Source: a virus
Lineage: Duplodnaviria; Caudoviricetes
Reading direction: 5' to 3' (one strand)
IMG/VR virus record: IMGVR_UViG_3300034374_009547
DNA length: 64,000 nt
Shown: piece after piece, positions 28,635 through 37,794 of the stretch
Layout: the number at the start of each line of letters is the position of its first letter
How positions within the stretch are numbered: the first letter of the stretch is position 1
Made by a program: the position numbers and the translations under genes
The notes under the pieces: generated by a model
Told to the model about the DNA's origin: nothing
The model's input: the letters and a program-made list of their open reading frames with translations, nothing else
Database searches by the model: none

Positions 28635-30021
28635 ATATGTCCTTCATTTCAGGAAATACTTCTGCAAAACTATTACCACGCTGAGCATCACATCTTTGTA
28701 AAAATTCTTGCATCTCTGGTAAACGTCTACTCCAGTCTTCACTTTCCATAAATGATAACATACCTTCTAAACGTTTTAAGCCGTAAGGTGCGTTATCGAA
28801 CATTTCTTTTGTGACTTTACCTTTGTGCCAACTGGGCACACCAAGTTCCCAGTTTTCCTCCCACCAAGGATAAAACTCCTCATACTTTTTACGCACTTCT
28901 GCTTTAAACCATTCTGGTAACACTTTTACATTAAGGTGTGGCGGATGATACACAAAGTGATAGTTAATACCTCCTGCGCCAAATGGCCACATGTTTATTT
29001 TGTTAAACTTTTGTGTTAACTTCCATTTGATAAAATCAGGCAAATAATAGATGTTTAATGCTTGTACTGCACAAGCAACCGTAACTTCTACATTATTGCT
29101 TGTTTCTTTATCTAAAATATGAAACACTTCTTCTGTGCGTTTCCATTCACTTGGATAACGTATATAGCTGTTCATTTCATGTATACTATCTACCGAATAG
29201 TGAAAACGCACAAGTTTGAATTCTCTCCATAGATCAAATAAATCTTCTCTCCATTCGACTCCATTTGAGTTATAACGTAGTTCAAGGTCTTTTGCAATAC
29301 CTTGTCGAATTGCTTCTTCAAGTATTTCATAATGCTCCTCAATAATAAGACTTTCGCCACCTGCAAAATATATCTGTTGCATATTTGGCATTTGTTCGTA
29401 AAACTGCTTCCAAAACACATCATTTTGTTTGTGCCAGTTGTAACTACTGCCATTTGTACTTCCTTTATCTTGCCATTGCATAGTTTCTTTAAGAGATTCA
29501 TTTTGAACAGCAGGAAAAATCTTTTTATAATCTTTAATCCAGCCACTACTATCATGCGGACTACACATAACACAAGCAAGTTGACATTTTGTTCCAAAAC
29601 GTAAATCAATGTATGCTAGTTGAGGAGGTACTTCTCCATCTTCTGTTGTATTTGCAATTAAGTCATTTACATTAACACGCTGACTCCAGTATGCTGTTTC
29701 CCACATACGTTTTGAATTGTGTCCTGCTGCTTCTTCTTTATAACACTTTAAACAACTAGGAGGCTTTTCGCCATTCATCATTTGCTTGCGCACATTCTTC
29801 ATATAATCACTATTCCAAGCAGTCTGGAAATCAGTAACATTCAAATTGTTGGGTTTACCATCATCTGTTTTTAAGATGCCAACTTGTCCACCATGTTCTT
29901 TGTCATTTGTTGGACCAACACTTGATGCATTGGCTGTGCAACATACTCTCATGCTGCCATCTGGTCTTGTGCTTAGATGCACCCATGGTAGGATGCAGAA
30001 TGTATCGGAAACTTTGCTCAT
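28621..30021 (-). CDS. N-terminal Twitch radical SAM protein
   Basis: FCILPW..RVCC..SCLKC; FGTKCQLACVMC; FAGGES; YNSNG; CDAQRGNSFAEVFPE. Confidence 0.92.
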   Translation of the reverse strand: MSKVSDTFCILPWVHLSTRPDGSMRVCCTANASSVGPTNDKEHGGQVGILKTDDGKPNNLNVTDFQTAWNSDYMKNVRKQMMNGEKPPSCLKCYKEEAAGHNSKRMWETAYWSQRVNVNDLIANTTEDGEVPPQLAYIDLRFGTKCQLACVMCSPHDSSGWIKDYKKIFPAVQNESLKETMQWQDKGSTNGSSYNWHKQNDVFWKQFYEQMPNMQQIYFAGGESLIIEEHYEILEEAIRQGIAKDLELRYNSNGVEWREDLFDLWREFKLVRFHYSVDSIHEMNSYIRYPSEWKRTEEVFHILDKETSNNVEVTVACAVQALNIYYLPDFIKWKLTQKFNKINMWPFGAGGINYHFVYHPPHLNVKVLPEWFKAEVRKKYEEFYPWWEENWELGVPSWHKGKVTKEMFDNAPYGLKRLEGMLSFMESEDWSRRLPEMQEFLQRCDAQRGNSFAEVFPEMKDIFDGR

Positions 30022-30032
30022 ATTGTACTTAC

Positions 30033-31307
30033 CTAATTATCTGCGTATTTAATTAATGTTTGAAAACATGCGTCTTTCCAACTCGATGTTTTACCATATT
30101 CGTCAGGAAATCCAGCAAATCCTTGTTTAGGAGCTGGTGTTTTTTTATACATGAATTTATAATAGTCTTTTAACGTTTGCTTGTCTGCTTCTGCTAAGTA
30201 TTGCTTGCTATTCATAAACCTTCTATCTAGAAATGGTGCTCTTGATTCAATAGTAAAACATCCTAATGCTAAATTTGCACCCATACATGCAGCTGGAATA
30301 AAATACTTTTGATCACTTAACTTATTATTAACTAAAAAGTTAGATTTGTCAATCTCAAAATAATCAGAATAAGGAGTTCTTTGTTTTAAACTATACCCAG
30401 GATAACCGCCAAATATTTCATCCGCACCTTCACCTGTGTAAAGTATGTTAATTTTTCCTTGTAATTTTTTACCTAAAATATAGTACCCTATCCAACTCCA
30501 TGTATATGGAAACAAATATGTTGCTTCAATAAATTCATCTGTATAATTACACCATTCTTCTTCTGTGATATTATATGCAAAATCTAAGTCATTACTAACA
30601 AAATCTTTTCCAATATGATTGAGTGCCACTTGAAATTCACCAAACCATTTACTTACTAAACCGCTATCAACTCCACCGCTGTTTATACTTGCACTTTTAA
30701 GTTTACTAGAATAATCAATTATCATGTTATGGAACGTTGTATACACAGGCACATCTTCATAACATGGTTCAACACTATAAGGTTCTACACTATAAATATC
30801 TTGCCACGGTGTTTCATTAAAAATATAATGTTTAGATTGTTTCCATAAATGTAAAGCATTTTTATTAATACATGTATTTGTAGTTTTTACTATACTTTTA
30901 ATTGTATTAGATATAACAAAATGTCCGTCTTTGTTATATACAAATAAAGGTATTTGTCCAGTTTTATCTCTACCATACTTTATTTCTTTAGTTTTTTTAT
31001 TATAAAATACATAGGCATACATTCCGTTATAATGAGATATAGAATTACCATTTACTAAATCATGGAAAAACATTTCTGTATCGCAGGTAAACTTTCTATT
31101 GTAATTGTAAATTTCACCTGTGTACAAAAATAAAAAATTATCATTTTCATATAAATCAAAATTTATATCATTTACACAAGGTAGCACACTTTGAATAGCA
31201 AAATAATCTTTGTCTATAAAAACCCTATCATCTATTCCACGTTGCAAAACATCTTTAAAATCATAATCAAATTTTGGATGCTGGTTACTAAAATAAAATC
31301 CGCACAT
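30033..31307 (-). CDS. Asparagine-synthase-like glutamine amidotransferase (shortened)
   Basis: N-terminal MCGF (Ntn Cys2), GEIYN, YNGMYA, RDKTG, SGGVDS, TGEGADEIFGGY, ESRAPFLD. Confidence 0.88.
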   Translation of the reverse strand: MCGFYFSNQHPKFDYDFKDVLQRGIDDRVFIDKDYFAIQSVLPCVNDINFDLYENDNFLFLYTGEIYNYNRKFTCDTEMFFHDLVNGNSISHYNGMYAYVFYNKKTKEIKYGRDKTGQIPLFVYNKDGHFVISNTIKSIVKTTNTCINKNALHLWKQSKHYIFNETPWQDIYSVEPYSVEPCYEDVPVYTTFHNMIIDYSSKLKSASINSGGVDSGLVSKWFGEFQVALNHIGKDFVSNDLDFAYNITEEEWCNYTDEFIEATYLFPYTWSWIGYYILGKKLQGKINILYTGEGADEIFGGYPGYSLKQRTPYSDYFEIDKSNFLVNNKLSDQKYFIPAACMGANLALGCFTIESRAPFLDRRFMNSKQYLAEADKQTLKDYYKFMYKKTPAPKQGFAGFPDEYGKTSSWKDACFQTLIKYADN

Positions 31308-32131
31308 TACAAATTGTTACTACCCCATTCAAACATTTCAAACATTATTTTATTTTCAACTTCTTTACTATTAGGAATAGTAATTTCAAATTTTTGAAAT
31401 TGATATTTGACGTTTAAAGGTATGCTAACTTTTTCTCCATCTAAATCTTGTGTGTGTTTTTGTAACCTTTCTAAAAATAAATCGATCCTAAAGCGGTCTT
31501 CTGGTACATCACTATTCCATCTTAAATATCCGTTAGGATCCCATCTATTAAAGTTACCATGTTTTACCATACATTGTAGTCCATGATGTTTTTCTTTTCC
31601 AACAAAAAATGCATATAATTTTTTATCTGCATATATGTCCTGTATGTCTTGTAAACTTTTTATTGTTTTTAAAACTTTGCCATTATCATTAAAAAATTGT
31701 GGAACTACTCTAATTACACAACAAGGCTTGTTAAGCCAAATTAATGAGTTCATAAGTGTGTTACCAGGATGAACTCTACTAGGCCAAATGTATACTGGAT
31801 AAACATTTACAGAATTCTTATACAAATCACAGCATAATTCAATTATTTGGGTTGCACGCCGTTGACATTCGTCAGCTACAAAACATTTAAATAATTTCAT
31901 GTCTGTATAACCTAAATACTTGTGTGGCGGATCGAGCCATTCTTTTCCTTTTACATACTTGTGCTGATCATACCATTCATGTGTTTTATAATATACAAAT
32001 TCTACTTTAGATTGCTCAAACATAAATTTGTATTGCTTCTTTGTAGATTTTTTTACTTTTGCAGAATCTATTCCATTTTCTACATTGTAAGGATGAATAA
32101 ATTTTTCAAAGTCAATGTCAAACTGGTTCAT
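31307..32131 (-). CDS. Hypothetical protein
   Basis: Fills the gap between coupled genes; start placed at ATG 32131; no family recognised. Confidence 0.7.
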   Translation of the reverse strand: MNQFDIDFEKFIHPYNVENGIDSAKVKKSTKKQYKFMFEQSKVEFVYYKTHEWYDQHKYVKGKEWLDPPHKYLGYTDMKLFKCFVADECQRRATQIIELCCDLYKNSVNVYPVYIWPSRVHPGNTLMNSLIWLNKPCCVIRVVPQFFNDNGKVLKTIKSLQDIQDIYADKKLYAFFVGKEKHHGLQCMVKHGNFNRWDPNGYLRWNSDVPEDRFRIDLFLERLQKHTQDLDGEKVSIPLNVKYQFQKFEITIPNSKEVENKIMFEMFEWGSNNL

Positions 32132-33176
32132 AATTAATCTCGTTATGATATGCTTTGTTTTTAGCACAAGTACGAATACATCTTGTAAAATGCAACGGGT
32201 GTGTTGGTTGCCAACTTGCTTCTAAAAGGTGTTCAAACCATTTGTGTTTTTGTATTTGTTCAATAGTATGATGTTTCAAACTATTCCAATTTGGTTCAAA
32301 TTGATTTAGTTTATATAAAATATCTTCTTTATTTTTAAATGCGCTATCCCACAAAAAACAACAAGGCCACATGGTCTGATCACTTGCAATAAAAATTTCT
32401 TGCTCATGTATATATTTACAAACAATGCTGTTTACAATGTTTTGTGTTTTTTCCTTGTCTACAACATTAGATTTATATTCAGTAATAAATTTATCTAGAT
32501 CTTTTACAATATCTTTTTTGCTATGTTCTTTTTTACCTGTAGTTGTAATTTTTTGTTCAACTTTTTTATTTTTTTTGCCTAGTTGAGATATCCATTGATG
32601 ATAACTATTTCTCATACCTGTACGTGTTGCAAATTCAAAACCTAAAATATTAGCGTGTGCTTTGGCTTTTGCTAATTCATATTCGTTATGATCAAATACA
32701 ATAAAAATCCAAGTAGCATGTTTATCAGGTGCAGTTTGCGCAAAGGCATTAATATTACGTTCAATAGTTTTCCACTTGGTGTTAACTCTATAAATATGAT
32801 TTGTTTCTTCATATCCATCTATACAAAAATGAATATGCAATTTTCCTGGGTGCTTTGTTGCTATTGAGCCTAATTCGTTCCACCATTTACCTGTGTTGTA
32901 TCCGCCATTGGTGCTAACTTCACAATAACCACCTAAATCGGTAAGATACTTAACCATATCTAAAAAATCTTGATTTACAATAGGATCTCCTAAAACACCG
33001 CAAAACTTAAATTCTACTCCTGTATAATCATCAACAGGAAAAATACGTTGCAAATCTTGCAACGTAAATGAATTTATTTGCAACAATTCTTTGTTAAGTG
33101 TTCTAGCACAACCTGGACATGCTGCATTACAATCACTGGTAATTTCTAGTTCAACTTTTTTGATAGAAGTATTCAT
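32118..33176 (-). CDS. Radical SAM protein with C-terminal Twitch-like Cys cluster
   Basis: EITSDCNAACPGCAR; FCGVLGDP; STNGG; DGYEETNHIYR; CKY..WPCC..CIRTC. Confidence 0.9.
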   Translation of the reverse strand: MNTSIKKVELEITSDCNAACPGCARTLNKELLQINSFTLQDLQRIFPVDDYTGVEFKFCGVLGDPIVNQDFLDMVKYLTDLGGYCEVSTNGGYNTGKWWNELGSIATKHPGKLHIHFCIDGYEETNHIYRVNTKWKTIERNINAFAQTAPDKHATWIFIVFDHNEYELAKAKAHANILGFEFATRTGMRNSYHQWISQLGKKNKKVEQKITTTGKKEHSKKDIVKDLDKFITEYKSNVVDKEKTQNIVNSIVCKYIHEQEIFIASDQTMWPCCFLWDSAFKNKEDILYKLNQFEPNWNSLKHHTIEQIQKHKWFEHLLEASWQPTHPLHFTRCIRTCAKNKAYHNEINYEPV

Positions 33177-34251
33177 ATATTTCTTTGTTTAAATCTTTCA
33201 ATTGTTCTTTTTGGAATTTGTCTAAAGAATTATTAAATTCTATAAACTTATTTTTTAATGATGTATTATCTTCTTCTTGTAATATAATTATTTTATTTGC
33301 TTGTTGTGAAATTACATCATTTGATTTAAGCATCCAATTTTTTCTTGTATCAATATCAATCATATCAATTGATAAATGCTTAGGATATCTAACTTTATTA
33401 AAATTTAACCATAGTTTGTTTTCATTACAATAGGTTATTAAATCAGATAATTTGTTTATGTTGTACACACTTACAGAACAATGAACACTATTAATTACAT
33501 CTTTTGTAGCAGCCCATTGTTTTAAATTTGTGTCTATTATATTCCAATTTACGCCCCATCTACATAATTTAGAAAGATCGCCTACAGCATCAATACTAAA
33601 TTCTATATGTAATTTTTTACAAGCAAGTAATTTTTCTAATAATTTTTTATTAGGAAATACACTACCATTTGTTGTTATATAAATTTGTAAATTTTTGTAA
33701 TCAGTTTTTTGTTGTAAGTATTCTATAAACCATTCTAGTTTTTTACTATAAAATGGTTCGCCTCCTAAAATTTTTATTCTTTCTAATTTACTAATATCGC
33801 TATTTGTTATGATTTGTTTAACATCATACTTGGGATATGCAACACTATAGTCGTCTATGTGATTTATTTCTTTTTTTAATTGATGTGCTGAATTCCATTT
33901 ACTGCTTAACATAGGAGTGCAAATTCTACACATCATATTACATGTGTAATCAAGAGCAATTTTTAAACTGCGTAATTCTATAGTTTCTCTATCTTTACGT
34001 ATATGATTTTCAATTTGCCTATCACTTACGCCATTGATGTTTTCAATATTCCAACACACATCACAAATAGAATCTTTTTTATTTTCAAGCATAGTATTTC
34101 TTACCCGTTGGTATGTTTTACTATGCAACAAATCGTTTAAATTTATAATATTTTTTATGTGTAAATTTTCTTCATCTGGCATTATGTGGCAACATGGACT
34201 TGCAAAAGGTCTTGAAAAATCAATTTCTTCATATGCTAATATGCATTTCAC
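33151..34251 (-). CDS. N-terminal Twitch radical SAM protein
   Basis: KCILAY..SPCC..CDVCW; LDYTCNMMCRIC; LGGEPF; TTNGS. GTG start overlaps the upstream stop. Confidence 0.88.
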   Translation of the reverse strand: MKCILAYEEIDFSRPFASPCCHIMPDEENLHIKNIINLNDLLHSKTYQRVRNTMLENKKDSICDVCWNIENINGVSDRQIENHIRKDRETIELRSLKIALDYTCNMMCRICTPMLSSKWNSAHQLKKEINHIDDYSVAYPKYDVKQIITNSDISKLERIKILGGEPFYSKKLEWFIEYLQQKTDYKNLQIYITTNGSVFPNKKLLEKLLACKKLHIEFSIDAVGDLSKLCRWGVNWNIIDTNLKQWAATKDVINSVHCSVSVYNINKLSDLITYCNENKLWLNFNKVRYPKHLSIDMIDIDTRKNWMLKSNDVISQQANKIIILQEEDNTSLKNKFIEFNNSLDKFQKEQLKDLNKEIYEYFYQKS

Positions 34252-35330
34252 TTAAATTGCTCCGCAAATGGATCAAATTCTGAACCACACTTTTGAGCAC
34301 AAACTCCTAGTTTACCATCTTTGACGCTAGGAAGATTCCAACTATCTGTAATACCTTTTAACAACTTTCCGTTGACAACGTCCTTAATATCATTTTCAAT
34401 TATGTCAATGCCTTCTTTTCCTCCAGCATTGTCAATATGATCCCAAATTTGTTCAACTCTAGGATCAGGATGCCACCATTTATACATACGTCCAGCAGTC
34501 CAGCAGCATGGCATTAATAGTCCTTCAGCAGTGATAAACACACTACCTTCTTCTGCTACTTTACATTTGATACTGCACTTATCAAAGTATTCTTTCATGC
34601 TTCCGTATGATTTCTCAATTTCTTTTTGTTTTAACAATGCTAAATTGTTATTTTTTTCGTCTTTAGGTTTTTCAAGTTTAGCAGTTTCATTGCCTTTTCT
34701 ATCAACTGCTTGATGAGATTCTTTTGGTACAATATTGCTAGTAACAAATCTTCCGCTTTTCTTTTTAATAAATCGTTCACAACCCCACGCATTTGCTAAT
34801 GCTTCTGCTTCTTCTACTTGATGTTCGTTATGTTGAAAAATAAGAAAATCCCAACGTGCTCTGCCGCCTGCATCAATAAACGCCCGCATATTGCGTTCTA
34901 CATTGTTCCAGACAACATTCTGCCTGTATAAATGATTAGTGTCACTAAGACCGTCCACACTAAAAATAACAGCACCCATTCTACCAAAGACTTGGGCAAG
35001 TTCACGCCACCATGTTTCATCTTTTGCTCCTGCGTTTGTGTTCATCGAGAGCCAAATGTCTGCATTATGTTCTCTAAAGTAACGGAATATTTCTAAAGTA
35101 TCTCGTGCTACAATAGGATCACCTAAGTTACCACACATGAACATTGTGTTAAGTTGTGCAATAAATTTTGGTTTGAAGATACGTTTGCAATCTTCTAAAC
35201 TTAGTTCAGCATTTGTAATGTGTGGATTATCAGCACCACCGTTCATATTACGATCGCACATAGGACATGCTGCTTGACAACGCTGTGTAACTTCTAAATG
35301 AACTACTTTTATATCTTCATACTTGTACAT
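34248..35330 (-). CDS. Radical SAM protein with C-terminal Twitch-like Cys cluster
   Basis: EVTQRCQAACPMCDR; MCGNLGDP; NTNAG; DGLSDTNHLYR; CKV..MPCCW..CAQKC. Confidence 0.9.
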   Translation of the reverse strand: MYKYEDIKVVHLEVTQRCQAACPMCDRNMNGGADNPHITNAELSLEDCKRIFKPKFIAQLNTMFMCGNLGDPIVARDTLEIFRYFREHNADIWLSMNTNAGAKDETWWRELAQVFGRMGAVIFSVDGLSDTNHLYRQNVVWNNVERNMRAFIDAGGRARWDFLIFQHNEHQVEEAEALANAWGCERFIKKKSGRFVTSNIVPKESHQAVDRKGNETAKLEKPKDEKNNNLALLKQKEIEKSYGSMKEYFDKCSIKCKVAEEGSVFITAEGLLMPCCWTAGRMYKWWHPDPRVEQIWDHIDNAGGKEGIDIIENDIKDVVNGKLLKGITDSWNLPSVKDGKLGVCAQKCGSEFDPFAEQFK

Positions 35331-35336
35331 TGTTTT

Positions 35337-35364
35337 ATTATAACACCTTTTTAGTTTTTGTCAA
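35337..35364 (-). promoter_or_regulatory. sigma70 promoter TTGACA-N16-TATAAT, -10 box 6 nt before ATG 35330 (leaderless)
   Basis: Forward TGTCAA at 35359-35364 (inside the last codons of the upstream gene) and ATTATA at 35337-35342. Confidence 0.8.
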
Positions 35365-35917
35365 TAATCCAAAAATCATTATCAACAAATAATTTTTTAT
35401 CAACAGAAAATAAGTCAACATCTTTTTTATTATGTTCATTAGTATAGCCAGTTCCACAAATAACACTATCTGCAAAAAATTCTAGTTGTTTTAACAAAAC
35501 TGGCAGATGTTTTTGATTATCTAAAAATACAAAATCAAAAGTGTTTTTTTCATTTTCTATAAAATCCCATATATCTTGTTTAATTACAAAACAAGGGTTT
35601 TGATGTTGATCAATCAACCAGCAAAATATATTGTAATGTTCATATGCATCATTAACAATTTGTTTATCTTGTTTTGCTTTTTCATAATAAAATTTATGTT
35701 CTTTAATTTTTTCTATTCTATATGGTTCTGTATTAAATTCAAATTTATCTAAAGCATAAACTATAGTGTTGGATACACTATCAAGTATATTCCAAGTACT
35801 ACTACCTAATCCAACTCCTACTTCAAGTATTTTTTTTGGATTATATTTTTTAATTGCGTTAGAAAGATTAAAGTCAATTGACGGATCTTTAAAACTAGGA
35901 ATATCATTATGCTTCAT
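35351..35917 (-). CDS. Class I SAM-dependent methyltransferase-like protein
   Basis: ILEVGVGLGSS (motif I), YALDKF, FDFVFLD. Confidence 0.75.
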   Translation of the reverse strand: MKHNDIPSFKDPSIDFNLSNAIKKYNPKKILEVGVGLGSSTWNILDSVSNTIVYALDKFEFNTEPYRIEKIKEHKFYYEKAKQDKQIVNDAYEHYNIFCWLIDQHQNPCFVIKQDIWDFIENEKNTFDFVFLDNQKHLPVLLKQLEFFADSVICGTGYTNEHNKKDVDLFSVDKKLFVDNDFWIIDKN

Positions 35918-36734
35918 TATACTTCCTGTCTATAAATTGAGATTCATATGGTTTGTAATATATGCTACATTTTCTTTTACAAACTTCTAACGGATTATCT
36001 ATTATATCTGAGAACCTTTTTGCATCAAAATTCTTATCCCAATCTTGCCATTCTTTTTTATATCTTGTACTGCCTATCCAACAACAAGGCATAACTTTGC
36101 CTTCGGCGCTAACATATATACTGCGTTCTTTTTGTACTTTACATTCTACACCTTTAGGAACTTTTGGTAAAGATTTACCCCTAGTTGTTTCTTTGGTTAC
36201 AAACTCTTTAAATCCTAACATGTCTGCCAATGCTTCGGCGTCCTTGACTTGATGCTTGTTATGATCAAATATTAAATAATCCCATCTTGCATATCCACCA
36301 TTGGTAATATAAGTTCGTGCATTTTCAATAACTTTGTTCCAAACTACATTTTTTCTATACAAATGATTTGTATCATTAAGTCCATCTATACTGAATGTAA
36401 CTACATCAACAACTTTTGCTATTTTCTCCCACCATGCTGTATCTCTTGCACCGCCGTTGGTTACCATGCGTAAATGTATATTAGGATTTATACTTTTAAA
36501 ATATTCAAATATTTCCAACGTATCATGAGCAATAATAGGATCTCCAAAATTGCCACACATGTACATAACTTCTAATTGTTTAATAAAACTTTGAGAAAAT
36601 AATTTTTTGCAGTCTTCTAAATTTAATTCTGCTTGCATGATATTTATACCTGTCCTTCCACACTGAGGACAGGCTGCTTGACAACGTTCAGTAACTTCTA
36701 AATGTAATGTTTGGATTTCGTTAATTTTGTACAT
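35907..36734 (-). CDS. Radical SAM protein, compact paralogue of 34248
   Basis: EVTERCQAACPQCGR; MCGNFGDP; VTNGG; DGLNDTNHLYR; CKV..MPCCW..CKRKC. Confidence 0.9.
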   Translation of the reverse strand: MYKINEIQTLHLEVTERCQAACPQCGRTGINIMQAELNLEDCKKLFSQSFIKQLEVMYMCGNFGDPIIAHDTLEIFEYFKSINPNIHLRMVTNGGARDTAWWEKIAKVVDVVTFSIDGLNDTNHLYRKNVVWNKVIENARTYITNGGYARWDYLIFDHNKHQVKDAEALADMLGFKEFVTKETTRGKSLPKVPKGVECKVQKERSIYVSAEGKVMPCCWIGSTRYKKEWQDWDKNFDAKRFSDIIDNPLEVCKRKCSIYYKPYESQFIDRKYNEA

Positions 36735-37794
36735 TCCAGAAATTTTGTTTTCTTAATTTATCTCTTATTTTTGTTTGCTCAACAAACATATCATACAAAT
36801 GTTGGTCAAACGGTTTTTTTGTAGCAATAACACTAGGCATATCTTTGTGCTTATTTGGATCTAAGTTGTAATTTTTACCTTGCACAAAAGGATACATGTA
36901 ATTAGGTGTAATTAAAGGTGTCATATGAAACTCTGTATCGGCAAAATAATCAATTATGTTATTTAACTTAAAAATATTATATGCACTAACAACACAAACA
37001 ACATTCATGTTACTATTATCTTTTATAGTATTATATGCTTTTTCAAAGTTTTTCCATTTACCTGGCCATCTGATATAATCGTAAACATCTTCAATTCCGT
37101 CGCAACTTATACTAATGTGTAAATCTTTAAACTTGTTTAACAACTTAAAATGCTTTTGTTTTAATAACAAGCCGTTGGTAATAAATTTTAAACTTATTTC
37201 TTTTTTATTTTTTAATGATTCTAAAAATTCAAAAATTTTAGGATTTGCAAAAGGTTCGCCGCCTGTAAATTTTAATTCTTTTACATTTTGCTTTTGAATT
37301 TGATCAAAAGCATTTTGTTCCCATGTGCCAACATTTGCAGGAAATCTATATTCTTCTCTAAGCCAATTTTCATTAGGATTATTTTTAACTTCTGCTTCTA
37401 AAACACTGCTTATTCCAGGTGCACACATACGGCAGCCTAAATTACACAAACTACTCATTTTCATATCAAAGTAAAATGGAGTAATTTTTGTTGAACCAGT
37501 TTTTGTAGTATTAGTTTTTATTTCTTCAATGTAATCTTGAAATTTGTAATTGACACTTTGACGTCTGCTAAATTTTCCTAAATCTTCATGGTTCCAGCAT
37601 GTAGTGCATTCTTTTCTACGAACTCCATTTAACAAATCTTTTCGTAAATCATCAAATTTACTATTGTTGTTTTCTATTGTATCAGACCAGTGAGCATCGT
37701 TACTAGGATTGTATACGCAACAAGGTCGATAAGCGCCAGTACCTGTAATACTACTGGCACCTATCCAAGGTAAGACACAGAATGTGTCAGACAT
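36721..37794 (-). CDS. N-terminal Twitch radical SAM protein
   Basis: FCVLPW..RPCC..CTTCW; MSSLCNLGCRMC; FTGGEPF; ITNG. Confidence 0.92.
   Translation of the reverse strand: MSDTFCVLPWIGASSITGTGAYRPCCVYNPSNDAHWSDTIENNNSKFDDLRKDLLNGVRRKECTTCWNHEDLGKFSRRQSVNYKFQDYIEEIKTNTTKTGSTKITPFYFDMKMSSLCNLGCRMCAPGISSVLEAEVKNNPNENWLREEYRFPANVGTWEQNAFDQIQKQNVKELKFTGGEPFANPKIFEFLESLKNKKEISLKFITNGLLLKQKHFKLLNKFKDLHISISCDGIEDVYDYIRWPGKWKNFEKAYNTIKDNSNMNVVCVVSAYNIFKLNNIIDYFADTEFHMTPLITPNYMYPFVQGKNYNLDPNKHKDMPSVIATKKPFDQHLYDMFVEQTKIRDKLRKQNFWNVQN

Noticed and set aside
30022-30032. GTAAGTA box 4 nt before ATG 30021 as a late-type promoter (similarly GTAAATA at 51114-51120)
   Set aside because: Two mismatches to TATAAATA (one for the 51114 box) in AT-rich DNA; too weak to call without TSS data.
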